Part shown: positions 49,709 through 64,000 of the stretch, piece after piece
Position numbering within the stretch: the stretch's first letter is position 1
How the letters are laid out: each line of letters begins with the position of its first letter
Assembly: GCA_040954595.2 (NCBI GenBank)
Contig: CM082589.2
Coordinates: 4,416,213 to 4,480,212 of the forward strand
Direction of reading: 5' to 3'
DNA: 64,000 bases
Source: Balanoglossus misakiensis
Lineage: Eukaryota; Animalia; Hemichordata
The notes under the pieces: generated by a model
The model's database searches: none
What the model was told of the DNA's origin: nothing
What the model saw: only the letters and a program-made list of their open reading frames with translations
Program-made: the position numbers and the translations under genes

Positions 49709-49808
49709 TTAACTCATGGGAAAATCCGCCATCTTGAATTTGTGCCGGTCATATGAGTTTTTATCGTTTACCTAGGTAGTAAAAGTCTATTTAAGATAGT
49801 GGGAATTT
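49709..49808 (+). repeat. ~100-bp dispersed repeat, copy 3
   Basis: TTAACTCATGGGAAAATCCGCCATCTTGAATTTGTGCCGGTCATATGAGTTTTTATCGTTTACCTAGGTAGTAAAAGTCTATTTAAGATAGTGGGAATTT is collinear with copy 2 over its full length. Confidence 0.8.
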
Positions 49809-52214
49809 ACCTGGTGTAGGGTATATGGTTTCAACTACCTGTGAGAGCATCAGGCTTGGTGCAGATGTCTTAGATGTTACCCTTCTCCTTGTTGTTCACA
49901 TGCAATGTTAATGACAGGGACGCGAGTGCCATCTGGCAAACAATACGCTGCGACTAACGATGCCTTTCTGCGATGAGACATCAAGACACGTCACACACAG
50001 GGAGTGAAGGGCTTCCAGACACCAATTAATTGATTCAGAATTGGCAATCTGAACCTCTAAATGCCAGCTATGTCTCTAGGCAACGCATTAATGAAGACGG
50101 ATTAATTCCATTTAGTTGCATGTATGAAGCATTTTCAATTTAGAGGGATTTCTCTTATGCTTTCTAGGGGACATCCGCATCAAGATCGCCCGGTAAACAC
50201 CATCGGGCACGGCGTCAACTTTGACGTTTACACCGAAGTCGAAGATGATGACCTTGGAATGTGTTCAACAGTTTAAGAAAGGACGGCGTGCATAATACGT
50301 TATTTTGGTTTAAACTGACAGCGACGTTTTAGCCAATAATCACTATGTTTGCGTAGATAATTAGGAACATGTCGGCGCAAATTGTTTACAAGTACCTCAA
50401 CAGAGACCGCTAAATAGATCGCTTAATGCACAGTGGTAACAGCAGGCGCCCGAATCTTTCTTCTTCGATTTCTTTTAAGCGTTTTATTTAATAAGTAAAA
50501 TGGCACGTGTCCTTAAAACACTGTCGGTATACCACGAACTTAGTACTGATAGACTATACCGACGTGCAAAGCGTTTGACATCGTAATACTTTACATATGA
50601 TACGTATGTGCGTATCACGTCCCTTTTTAGACGAACCCATCATGTCTCCATTAATATAATCCTGGCTATCATATCACGTTTACGCCTCACTTATTGAAAC
50701 ATTCGAGTGATATCCTACATCTAATGTACCTTCGTGTATGCATGGTTTTTTGGCCTGCGGATTTATTCTGTCCCTTTCCCTTATCCAAGAGATGACGGGC
50801 GGCAGGATAAATGCCTTTCAATTATGCGCATTACTATACTACAACAAGCATTAGCAAACGAGGACATTATGCAATGTTTTCCCTGTGTGAAGCATACACA
50901 CATACACGTCTATTCTATCAACTGACAGGTTGCTTCATCACAGCAGACATATCTTATCAGATGCAATGCGAACACGGCTCCGTTACACTTGACATATCAT
51001 TGCGATATCTTTCCAGTTGAATGGCCCCAGACAGAATGTTGTCGACTGGAATTACATGCAGATACTAACAGATAAGTCTATTTTTTTATTGCCTCGGGAG
51101 AGCATTCAAGACACGGTTATTTTTAACCACAGGGACGCATTTTTTTTTCATCCCGTGACGTAAACATATACTATTTTGCCACAGTGAAAATGTACCTTTA
51201 GGCTGCTCCATTTTCGCAACGGAAATTGCCCCAAATCCACTTGTAACAAGTTTTCCAACCATTTCAGATTACACTTACGATTGTTTGAAACACGTCATCA
51301 CAAGGGCGAACTGTCGTCATATTGGGCTCTAATGATAAGATTGGTTTTTGATGTTTGGCTCTAACGATTCTTTGACAGGCTCATTAATTTTTGGCCATTG
51401 GTCATTATGCAGCTGTGTGTGTTTTAGACCATGCTCTTTCTCAGTAGAAATTAAATATTCTTTAAGCGACGAAGTGTCGTGATTGTTATGTACTCGATTG
51501 ATCGCAGTATCCTAGGGCTACTGAACCACATGTTAACAATTTGAAAGAAATTACATGTACGTTCACTGGCGATCTGCTAAACTGCTAAATCACAACCACT
51601 GGCAAACGAATGGCCGGGCAGCAAACATCTAGTGTCCTGTGCTGACGAAATGACATTTATGCTGATGACATTACCACAAACCCTAAATATTTCAGTAGCT
51701 TCAATAACCAGACCATTCTTCTAATAATAGTTCGCTGTACACGGCTAATTCATGAACTGAAGAATGTAACATTTTAATCATCACGACTTTAACCATCTTT
51801 TTTGTTTGGTCAAAATTGTTTCTGCTTTCCAAGGTGGGAATGTTCAAATTAATTGTACATTTGCCAAGGGCACGAGTGACGTTTACAATATTCATAATTA
51901 CATACATCTTATGAAGCCATATGCTTCAACGGAAAGATGTCTGAAAAATGAAAATTGACACATCAGTGCAATAATAAACAGCATCACAATCCGACAACCT
52001 AATGTACAAAATAACAAGTTTCTATGATTCTTATCCCAGGTGACTCTCTCAAATAGCCGGAAAATTAAACTGACGAGTCATGATTGATTAGTTTTCAGAT
52101 AATGCAATGATGTAATTAGTGAAGAATGGAATGCATCGTATTTCTGCTGGTCATTTGTCAACCGTTTGACTAGTACGTGTGGCAAAGTGTCCATTTTCTA
52201 AACCCGAGGTTTGT

Positions 52215-52301
52215 GTAATGGTATTGGTCACCCCATTCCCTTGGCCGAGTAACGGTATTAGTCACCCCATTGCCCTTGGTGGAGTAACGGTATTAGTCAC
52301 C
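52215..52301. repeat. 34-35-bp tandem repeat, ~2.5 copies
   Basis: GTAA(T/C)GGTATT(G/A)GTCACCCCATT(G)CCCTTGG.. starts at 52215, 52249 and 52284. Confidence 0.88.
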
Positions 52302-55300
52302 AAGCATTGAATACAGTCGTTCATTATCTAATCTATAGCGCCTTCGTTGGATATCATTATTTGCTGTTGGCACACATTACATTTCCCACTAGGGAATGAA
52401 TGGTCAGGCTATCATCACGTACGGGAGTGTAATTGATGTAGACTATTTTCCGCGGAAAGTTAATCTGGGGATTAAACGGGCGATTTTAATGTCAATTTGT
52501 CTCCCAATGTGTACGTCCTGAAGCCGTATTGGCAGGATTGTCAACCGGGGCTTCTGATCAAGGCAAACGCGTGTACAAAGAGAACGCTCGGTACAGAACC
52601 GGGAAATGGCTTCGAATCGAATAAAACAGACATTTATGAACCAGGGCAGAGCAATTATGTGTGCAGTTAATGAAACCAGCAAGTGCTGCAAGACGTAAGG
52701 TGAAACGTGTTTAGCTATTATAGAAGTGCCCAGTTAACAGCGACAATGTTTTGACTCGTGGCTTACATTCGGCCGAGACTAAATATTACACGAAGATTGT
52801 GCATGGTTATGTCGAAGAAATTACATTGCCTATCACACTATACATGCCTGACTGTACATAGTGAAGGAAATGGCACTCGAAATCTAACTAGACTTAAAGT
52901 GTATGCTCTGTCTTTTTTTATCAGCGGAACCTCCCTACACGACAACGCGCATCAAAGTGGATCGATGTACAGCAACCCACTTGGAACAACAGAGGAGGAA
53001 ACAGTCCCTTAGTGTTCGATACGGGAATACATTGCCTCCAGCAGACAGCCGAGGTTGCATCCCTTACCGCCAGACGGGAAAACATTTCATTTAATTGTAG
53101 TCAACTGGGAGATATCATGTTAAATTATTTGATAGCAGAGAATCCATGTGATTCATATACGGAGTTCGACGCCCGCAAGACGTGTACTACACAACCACAT
53201 TTTCTATGGGTGGGCAGTTAATTGAAAATATGTACATACTTATTGCTGGTTATCTTCGCGGTACTCAGTCAAGTGCCAGGTCCTTCAGCACGCATTTATG
53301 TGCTGCCCACGTGGGCCCTCATCTCTAGGGAAAAGAAATTGAAATCCATCCTACACTGACTGTGGGCAACCAGATTTGAATGATTGTGGTGGGAGTCCAC
53401 TCGTGTATCTAGCCTTGGAAGACCTTGAATCTGTGACCTGAAACGCCCCCGTTGGCTGTCGAATATCATAACAGCTACCCATGTTTGTTTAATACGGATT
53501 ACTGTGGTTTTTAAAATGACATTCACTATTAAATGAAAGAAAATCCGGCATATCAAAGACAGTACATCTGGTAAGAGCAGTCCGCATTTGACGGCGTCTC
53601 CGCATTATACATAAAATCAGAAGTCTTCTTGGGTATATCTTTTTCTCTATATATGCCGCCGTGGGCTAGTTTGCATTCATCATATACAGTTGAACCTATA
53701 GCACTCGTTCTTTGACTGATCCATTTGCGCACCCTACTACGAGGATGTTCAAATCATTTGAGCGAGATGAGATAATTTCCACACAAAAGATCAACCCTTC
53801 TCTTCCATTCTGAGACATCTAATTGTCAGAAACAGGTTCCGGATCGACAGAACATTGAATACATATTTTTGAGTTAATGTGTTTCGTCCAGCTTGCAGTG
53901 CTATTCAATGACACTTCAAAATATGCTCCGTCAAAATATCCACTACTGATATCAATCAGACTATTGTGTACTTTCTCGCACATAATGTCATAGTTAGTCA
54001 CCCTAGTCAGCGCCCTGGCAGTCACATACCAGCCGTAGTATTGTGCAGATAGGCTGACAGGATGGAGAAAATGCAAATGCTGACGAAAAAAAGAGGAGAA
54101 AGTGAAGGTTGCCGTCTGTTACACTGCTAACAAACTTAAAGGTAGAAAAAAAAACGCACACAAGATGAAGATTAATGACTTGGTACGACATCTGACAGAT
54201 GGAAATTTCATGGACTTCCTGCGGGAAGTGCGCAGTTAATCGAGTTTTAAGTTGAAGGTTAACCTACAGTAGCTACAGCAGACGCATGCCAATTCACGTT
54301 CGGCCGGGGAACCGCGTGTTGTGGGAGTATAGCTTTAATGATTTTGAAGGAATGAAGGGCACACATTGTCCTCAGGTGGTCCAAGAGGCGGTGGAAGACC
54401 ACGACCGAGGAAATGAAGAGCAGGATAAAGATAACATTGGTAACTTAATGACATTTTTACTCGAAGCTATAACTGAAACAAAATCCAGTGGGATAATGTG
54501 CAGGAAGAGACAAAGAGACCGACTGACAGTGCAGTAACCTCTAACCCAGACATTGATATCCAGAACGTGAAGCGGCGTCCCTCACGCACGCGCACACAGT
54601 TTCATAGGGCGTACTGCCACCGTCAAACCTTAACTATCATTACAGATATTTAAACTACGAATTTGTCATTTATGACAGCCAATTTACGTCGGGGTAAGAA
54701 TAGCTGAAATACTCCCCACATAAACCACAGATTAATTCAATTACATGACCTCAGAATAACCTGGCGCGACAGTGACTGTAAAATAATTACATGTACATGT
54801 ATGACACACATTATATACACATGATCTTTGCTTTCCGACAGCCACGATGTCTATCAAGGAAAAGATCACGTTAGCAATCGTCCACCCGCGAATAGTCAAT
54901 TAAAACACTTCGAATTCCCAGCCTACGCAAGTGGACAGAACAGTTAATAGGAACTCCATTATCGGAAGATTTCAATGAAACAGTATCCAAACGTTATCGG
55001 CCCGATGCATTACCTAATGGGGCGTTACTTTAACCCGCACGAGAGTGTGTCGTGCAACATGGTAATCTGGGTGACGCGATATTGGTAAATGTCACTGCAG
55101 AAATATAATATCTAACTGACATTCAAGTGTGTAATTTCAGAGTAAAAGAGACGCCATTTTATTACAGGAATTGTGATCACTCATCTCGTCTTGGTCATCA
55201 GGTGGGCTGCGCATTTCAGTCACTCTGTTTGGGGTCTTAGAAATAGCAATGGGGATTTAGGTCTGCTTTACGAAACAGCATCATGTTATCCTTTTGAAAG

Positions 55301-58300
55301 GTATACATCACATGATAGCTGCTCACGATCGGTAGGTCATCGCGCATTGATTCATTTTCTAACCGGAAGTGATTGTCACATCCGGAAACGGTAAGTCGGC
55401 CTAATCGAAACAAATAACCCCTTGCCTGTGTGGTTGAAAGTGTTTGCTTTAGAAAACGATTTGTCATGCGCACCCCTGTGTTCTTGGTTTGTTCTATTAT
55501 CATCTGAAACCAAAATGATTGATGTATCTTGTCATTCTCATCACCTAACTTAAAATAAACGATTGTTTAGCTTTATGATACCCTGGCAATATCCTACCAA
55601 TCCCGTTGTCCATAACTAGAGTACTATATACAGAATATATACAATTTATGTTTGCCTAAGCTGTGCTTCTAGCTTCAACAAAGTGTACCGCAAATTTTAC
55701 CTGCCAGCGTCCGTTAATTTTAAGATACGATACTTATTTTGAAGTACGGGGAAACATGAATAGACAGGCTTCACTGTAAACACAATCATAGGCCCATGAA
55801 ACCGAAAACCCATATAGTACGATACGAACCAAGAAGGTCGTAATAGTATACGCGTTTCAGCGTTTTCTCTATTTGGAAATGACCTTATATTCGTTTCTCT
55901 CCGTTCAGTTTCAACCAGAAGTACCACACACAATGAAGAGTTTTCTTCAAATGCGACACGCACCGCATAACCCCTTCGTTGAATGTAGAGGCAAGTATGA
56001 TACAAATCAACCAACCAAAATGGTACTGTAACATCAGAATTATCGAATATGCCACTTTGCTGTTCATTGTACTGCATGAACATTAGGTGCATTTGCTTCT
56101 TTAGACATGCACGCAACATCACAGTATATAGAGCGCGGTTCATTGGTAATCATTACTGGAGATCACTTGTATGGACGTTAAGTACAGATTTGCACTGTAA
56201 TGTGATATGGGGAGAATAAAATGGGGAATGGTAATTTTCTACTTACGAAAACGACGCGCTTCTGATTGAAGTGGGCACGCAGATATCAGTGCAACTGATG
56301 ACGGTGGTGATTGAGCAACGGCAATATTTCGTTCCATCCAGATACAAAATAGATAGTCGAATTAACACACGTATGTCTCTGTGAATAAAAAAGACATCAC
56401 CGCCAATTGTTAGTTGGTCGAACGTCGTTGCAATTGGATGAACCCAAAGCTGTTTCGCTTGCGTTTACAATCGCGTTTATGGTCAGGTATGGATGTAAAA
56501 GGTGAATCGTAAAGTAAAGTATGACATTTAATAGTATTTACAAGAGATACAAGATGTTTCATGAAAAATATAATGATGCAAATTGTGTGAATATTGTCTG
56601 TAAATCCTTGTAATAGTGCCTCGTTCCATTTTGAGACAGGCGGTGCGAACGAAGGAATGAATGAATGAAAAAAAGATTGAGACAATTCTACGGCTGTCGG
56701 GCTTCTTTGTGTTCTTATCCTTAACTCTACACCACGCCAGCAGCTTTAAGAAGATTGATTGGAGTACATAAACGTGTACGACGTATTGCGACACACATAA
56801 CATCACCTTGTTCGATTATATGATTCTATGGGTGGATTTCTCTACCAGAGTGAAGAGCAGATAATGAGCTTAGAGCATCCTTCGGATTTATATCTCAGCA
56901 CCTGGTGACAAGCTTACGCGTAAATTAAGGCCGATTTTGTTGAGAATTTTCAATTCGCGATTTATTCAGCGTTACATTTACGATAATCCCGAGGAACGAC
57001 CTTTTTAAGGAATGACGTTTCTTTGAGTGATTGATGGGAATGCAAAGTTTATGTTTATGTTTATGCGAAGACTGAGTAGAAAAAATACCCCCCCCCCACT
57101 TTTAGAGTTGAATTCTAACATTTATGGCTGAGAAAAATTCACAAGCCACTAAATAATATTATGCAGTTTTCATGTAGAAAATGACATATTGATAGGGAAG
57201 GTTCGGGTAGCTCTATCCGCCGAGGGGTGGGGGAGTTTGATTTCTTTCAGTTAAAAAATATCTCCACCGGGACGAGATACAACATGTTTTAATCTCCGGC
57301 TTAAAAAAGAGAATTTCATGAATATTAATATTCAAATCAAAATGTGGAAGATTATCGACTCAACGGGCTTTTATCCATTACATATATACGCTATCTTATA
57401 TTTAATTTAATGTCTGTATTAGTTTGGGTAGGATGCTTTACTATAGCTGACAGGGTTTTTGTCTGAATAAAGACATCTTATGACTGGTTTAACCGAGTGT
57501 GCGGTGGAAGATAAAAACACTTGAGAATATTTTCTTGCTAGCGTGGCCCCGCCTCGACCGTTTGCTGTCCCCGGGCAATCGCGTGTTCGTTGACAAATTC
57601 TACGAAAACTACTGAAAAATACATTGTGGATTCTATGACGTGTCAGATATAACGATTTGGTGATCTTGAACTTCAAGAGCAAAGTCAAAGTGAGATCAGT
57701 ATTAAATCCATCATCACAAACACTTACAAAAACATCTCCATTTCTCGATAGTACCCTTCGAGGTTGTTTATCTTTTCACTGCAGATTATTAAAGGTCGAC
57801 GACGCCTACACTCGTAATATAGTAATCCTTTAGTACCTACATGCAGGAAACCCCAAACACGTACTGACCTCAGTGAGTATATACAAACGATCGACTGGGG
57901 CTATTGTTGGTAGGCGTATCAGACCAGAGAGATTTCACGACATACAATACTGCATTTCCATTTTGGTCGTAGAACACAGCACGTGCATCCAACAAGAATA
58001 GTAATATGCTTAACAGATGTCGATTTAATGAAATCCCGTTTGTAGCTCTATGGACCTATATGAGGGACGGGGTCGTACGGTATCATGCCATTTATCGTCG
58101 TGTTGGGTTGCTGTATTTATTTGAATTGAATTAAATATGTCAGTCGTGAAAATAATGTACTCCAAGGGGAGGCACTGGATCAGATAACAAAGCCTGGACA
58201 CACCCTAGCACGGCAGAACGGAAGTTGGGGGTCATGCAAAATGGCGGAGCGTTCAGTTGTCAACTGACCCCCCCCTCCCTCCACACACACGTGTGTTGCA

Positions 58301-61300
58301 TGATACCACCAGCTGAGTGGCATTGTTTGAAATTTTCATCTCAAAACTAAGGAGTATGCGTCTATTTTTCCAATTTCACCTGGCGTTATCTGCACGACTA
58401 TGTAATCTAGTGGTGTGGGAATATTGAAGTATGCATTCCGCAGAAGAAGTTATCACACCCAATTACGAGACTTTGGGATTACCATGCGGTTGTGAATAGA
58501 GAAATTGCTTTTTTGTATTAATCCTGAACATAGCAACAGCGGCCGCTGCAAATATTGTATTCGTGATTAACTTCGTTGGAAAACGCTGTTCCAATACCAG
58601 AAAGCATGCTGTTCTATTTATACAGAATTTGTGACCGTTCTTCTCTGTTTTAAGTCAGTGCATATCTAGAACATCTATGTCTCTGGTAATATCTCCCCAG
58701 ATAATTAGAGTTGGCTTTGCTGTAATCACCAAATATTAATACACAAGGCACCCTGTCTATAGGTACATCATGTATTGGTTGTGCAGAAGTTTGTAAAGGA
58801 TTATCTGTTAAATAGTATTTTGTATAGTGTTGTGTCGTTGCGATGATATCTGGGAAAATATAGTTGAGCAGAGAAAACTGCCACGGTAGAACGCACATGG
58901 CGTAGTCCTAATGTTCCTTTGTAACTTATTTATTCTGACCACATGTATTTCACCCGCTTTACGATTATTGTTGTCATTTCATCTTACATGTAATATCCGG
59001 GATTATATAGCGACGAGGTTTACGTTGAAAGTATGTTGAAAAAAACAATGTCAGTCTGAGAAGGCATATTTAGCAAGACGGAGTGACCATTTGACCCCGG
59101 TTGTAAACACTTATGCTCACTATCAATCATGATTAGCCGAATCACGTTACACTTGGGGTTACCTTTCCCCGTGATTTTTTCCCTTCCAAACATGTTTATA
59201 TTTTCCTGTACACAGCTGGGTGTTTTTAATACACATGTGCAACTCTAAATGTGAATAGGACACATCGTCAGATACATGAAGGCTTATATTTCTCAATTGC
59301 TATAAATACATTTGAGTTCCATATTTGCTCCTACTGTAGCTGAAAGGCGCGGTTGGACTGATGTTTATCTGTTTTCAAAATGACAAGGTTTTATTAATTG
59401 CAAAGATACTACGGCGAAAATACCTTCCCCCCTGTAGATACATGTACTTGCTAAACTTTCTGTGAACCTCCCTGAATACCCAAACAAATAACAACGACAC
59501 CCAGCGGACGTTCATTCCATCCATGCTGTAAGTTTACACTACAAAAGCTCACGTGACCCATTATCATGCCGCACACGTGTTATGATGGTGAAATATCAGA
59601 TGGGCAGGATGCCCCAAAGTGATGTACGCATGTGCCTGAATAATTTATATAAACACTGCTGTCAAAATACACAAACAACTGTAATATCAGTGCGTATATA
59701 TCGTAAGCTACATTTATCACAATTTATGCCGTGTTGCTGCATGGATGGGTAACTATATTTGTGCGGCAGTTAAGCCGATAAAATATTTCGGGCGTCTATT
59801 ATACAACTTGTCCTAATTTAACAGTACACGATTGCAAGTATTTATTTCTTGTGTCCCAAAGCACATTGGTTCACTAACAAAAGGAACAGAGCGACCGATG
59901 TTTGGTTTTATGAAGCGCGACAGAAAAGCATTTCTGTCGCACCTGTGGCCGATTACGGAAATCAAAGGGAATAATGTTAAGAAGTCCGCCGACAAGTAAT
60001 GACTGCGGTCACCATTGGGGATACACAGGCGACGGAGTGTGACAAGGTTTTGTGTTTTTATTATACACTATAGGATTGACGATGACCTATCTGGCGAAAT
60101 GTAGAACAGAATGGCCCGAGTTTTTGGCTCAGGGGAAATTAAGGTGGGACGCAAAGGAATAATACAGAGAAAATGAAATCTATGATATATTGGATTGTAC
60201 GTAAAATGAAGATCTGGTTGCCAACTGTGTTAGGAGTCACTTGCTTTCGTTTGAGTTGAGAATCCGATTTACGATGAGAGAAATGTTACCCAGGATATTA
60301 TTTATAAAACAGCACAAGCGTTTTTTTTTATACCTAAAAGTGGATTTCTGATCTCATTTGAAGGCAGGGCACTCTGACAATAATAGGAGAAAATGCCGTA
60401 TATTTTCCTGTGGGTCTGTCAATCAATCTTGTGTGCACTAAAGGTGCTATTTTCGATCGATGCGGTGCATAATGAAGATGGTATCATGTTCCACAGAGAG
60501 ACGGAATCTAATATTAGCCGTGTGTGAATGATGACGTAACATGCCGTCAATCAATCAATCAATCAACCTATAAAAACCTACCAATCTGGGCCTATAAGTT
60601 ACAGTTCATTCAACCGTCGAAACAACTGATGACAAAAGCAACCCAACATCAATCAACGCAGCCTTGAACAGTCATTCCCACTTCAGTGCTTTTGATTAAA
60701 ACAGAAATATCCGCGTGTTGAATCTGCAATAATTTAACTTTTGGCACATCACACGCAAATGTGCAGAGATACTTCCGGTATCTAGTAGTGTCACCATTGA
60801 ACTTGACATTTGCCGAGCGAGGTCATTCGGTGACGGGTGATTGGCACTCTCCGAATGCCAGACCATTCCATCGCTATGTGCACTGAGTGATGATTGACAA
60901 CCCCTTTGAATTCTAATAAAATGCGATTAAGCCCGCAAGCATATCGTATATTCCAGAGCAACGATTATATCTAAGATTACATGTATGTGGTAATTAAACA
61001 TTTTGCATACCATTCAAGCAAATTTCCCTGATGGGTACGTGCAAGAAATCCACAAGAGTGACTCGGACAGGATCGGCGAGCGCAACCCAATTTTACTTAT
61101 TGCTATGCACGGCAAACATCTAAGGTATGCCTGGTTGAGAAAATAGCAGCCTAAATACGAGCAGATACAACCAGAGTTGGAAAACAACTTTAAATATGGC
61201 ACCACTGATCGCAAACATGTTTATTTACACGTGGGTTCAGGCCAAAACCGTCACAGACAGAAATGGTGACGTCAGCACGATTAAGCCACAGGTAGTCATT

Positions 61301-64000
61301 GACGTGTCAACATCAAGGTTGCTCAAAATTGGTATATTTTTCCCCGTGATTTCTCAGGATAAGTGTAATTTATGGTGATTATCGCTGGTGGTTAACCTAT
61401 TATGTCTATTTGAGGGTTTTTTGGGGGGCTGGGCGATTATTGACTTTTGTGGCATTTTCTCACCTTACAAATGAAAAGGAGTTGGCATTCTTTAACAGTG
61501 CGTCAAGTAACGCTCCTTCGCTCCGTTTGCTTGAAAGTCCTTGCATGCGACCCTTTGCAGACACGCTGTCAATGAACTCAAAATAACCTGCCTGTGATTC
61601 TCTTCATGTTTTTTTATAGTTATCTGCTGTTGAGAGCATTATACCTGGCTGAAAATTATAGGATGGGAAACTGTCGCGTCATAAAACTTGATTGGAAGCT
61701 GGGCTAGAGGAAAGAATCGTAAACACGGTTTGCATGATCTTATCAACCACTTGCCAGTGCACAGAAACCGTGCAGCGGTTTCGCAAAATGGGATAAAATT
61801 GATTTGTGCAAGCAATCATGTCACGAGACAACTGTATATAAATAAAGGTATACATGTACATGTGTATGTTAGAATATGAATTTTCAGGACCCCTCAGCGA
61901 AAAACACAGTTAACAGACACGTTGTCATCGCATCAGAGTTACACCATCTAAACTGACCCAATACATGAATGTAGGCTATTCCACCTTACTATAAAAAAAC
62001 CCGTAGTCTGTTTTAATCACACTATGTGTTTCGGACATATTCTGACATCGATTTTACACTCTGTTTATACATAGTCTTGCTATGTGTGCTACAGACCTTG
62101 TTTGATTGTATTTAATATGATCCTAAAAATCGTGTACACGCAAGTCTCGGGCTGCGAGTTGAAACACTCAATCAATTGCTGTTTCCAACTGCCTGCTGAC
62201 TGCACTCCCTGTCATTTACAGCATGTTCCAGTATAACTTATGGTCTGTGGGTTTTATTTCGTACCATTGTCTGTTTGTTCAGAGTTACCGCGCCATTCCG
62301 GCTTCCATCCATCCGGAATTGCACGTATTGTTCAAAGGCAATTAATTTCAATTTCCATATTTTGCTGAATGGATCGTGCATCTACCAGCTGACTCTTGTT
62401 ATACCGCATTTTAGTAAATGAGCACAGAAACCAATGGAATCGACTACACAAACCGACAAATATCTCCTGTTGCTATATATTATAATAAATGCAGATACTA
62501 TCGCTGAAGACGTCAAAACATTACAATCAACCCTGATTTACGTAAAAGTGCGAATAAACGTAAAATGGCGAACTTGTTTTTCGCGTGGGCACCCAGCGAA
62601 AATGCGTGACTGGTTAGATTTTCGCTTTCCGTGTTGACGGTGGATTAAACTGAGGCCCAGATATTCAAATGATTTCAAGTTACGCGTATGCAAATGTATC
62701 CACGCCAAACCCGCCACCCCAACTCTTGTATGCAAGTGCATGGTTACATTTCGTTCGCTGACATCATCTCAGAAATCTGCAGGCGTGATGTTTCGCGTTC
62801 ACGGTCATGTAAGTACACTTAGAACCGAACCTGTCTAATGGCACATCCACGTCCTGTGTGAACTGATAACATTCTTTTGAAGTAAGGGAAAACGAACGGG
62901 TGCTCCAAGCGATATTTTTTTATTCCCGTCGTTCTAACTCCCTTTGAAACACCGACAGCCTTAGGAAGCCTTAGGAATCTCACTCACTCACAATAAGAGC
63001 GGGGTTGATGTCTATCAGTCCTGACACTCTGCTACGTGCAGTTGTGTGCAGAAAGAGCGGTACAATAAGACGACAAATATGTAGATCGCTAAATTATTTT
63101 TTCTGAAACATGCTTAAACAGGGCAGGTTTTTTTCTTTAAATTGTAAACGGCTGAGCGGTTTTTATAATTGTCTTTACACGAATCGTTTGTCGATGTTCT
63201 ATTGGTGACAGTTCTGTTAAATGACGTGCTTCGTTTTTTATCGTCAATGTTTCGCATTGAGGATTTTCAAATTTAATTCGTCCAGATGTTAGCTCTCCAT
63301 ACGTTGCCTGTTTTAGGTTTCTATTGAACGCATACACAACCAGAAGCAGAATACTCGGTCTGTTTCCTTCCTGAACATACATATGAACGTCTTTTACAGA
63401 GTGACAGAAGGGTTAGACCACTCACTGATCACCTTTCTGTTAACGTAAAACATAAAAAAATCAGAAAAAAAATAGTTTGTGTGGTGGCTGTAAACTAACT
63501 GCATAATACTCTTGGAATTAATGAAAAGCAGACCCTTTTGAAGCTTCTGTGCCCTCAGCTTACTACAATAGCGTTGACATATTCAGCATGGTGTATAGAG
63601 AAGGAATCAAATTCCTACCGGTACAATTGCAATCCCTCACGTATAACCGGACATGAATTTCAAAAGCCGATATCTTTTTGCTCCACTGAAGCGGGAAATC
63701 AATAATTACGTTGATGCCGTTTCAAAAGATAGATCAATGGTATTCGTTTGAGCTGTTTGGATTGTTAAATCAAGTTCGTTAGCAACCTGCTATAAATATA
63801 AATACAAGGAGGCCGAGTTACCATCTGACCTGGTTTGCGATACAGTTAGCAATTAGCAATACGTTGTTTTGTGCATACGTGTATGCCATTCTGCCTACAG
63901 GAACACAAGGAACCCATTACTTTGTTTGTAACCCGATGCAAAGGACAATCCACGTTGTACATCGTGAAGTTGAGTGGCAACTAAGGCTAAGAGATGATTT

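Noticed and set aside
54286-54537. Acidic, purine-rich ORF (VVQEAVEDHDRGNEEQDKD)
   Set aside because: Short, no domain, no supported splice partners.
35470-64000. Numerous 60-150-aa ORFs
   Set aside because: Lengths and composition fit random expectation, many use non-ATG starts, and apart from the CR1/L2 fragment none has a recognisable motif; no tRNA or rRNA was recognised either.

Overview
Eukaryotic (animal) genomic DNA with GT-AG spliceosomal introns; probably a marine invertebrate, though this is an impression from sequence style only. The first 10 kb holds two convergent genes. One is the last eight coding exons of a divergent TRPC-family cation channel (+ strand, 15..4199, 816 aa reconstructed in frame, N-terminus outside the window). 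The other is a class A peptide-type GPCR, trissin-receptor-like, with a ~355-aa third intracellular loop (- strand, spliced CDS 9727..9709 + 9527..7423, 707 aa). At 18.7-35.4 kb lies a ~16-kb array of an 88-bp AT-rich satellite. An internal ~62-monomer block is inverted, giving a multi-kb palindrome with a 12-nt spacer at ~24,284. The array has old-type monomers at both edges, a 5'-truncated LINE with a 14-bp TSD near the right edge, and a terminal (TACA)/(TACG) microsatellite. Short inverted motifs bracket the whole structure, suggesting a Helentron/DINE-like element whose central repeat has expanded into a satellite. The remaining ~38 kb has no recognisable genes, only a CR1/L2 remnant, copies of a ~100-bp YY1-motif dispersed repeat, microsatellites and a possible distant first exon/promoter of the GPCR. 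All family assignments come from motif recognition by eye; no database search was run.
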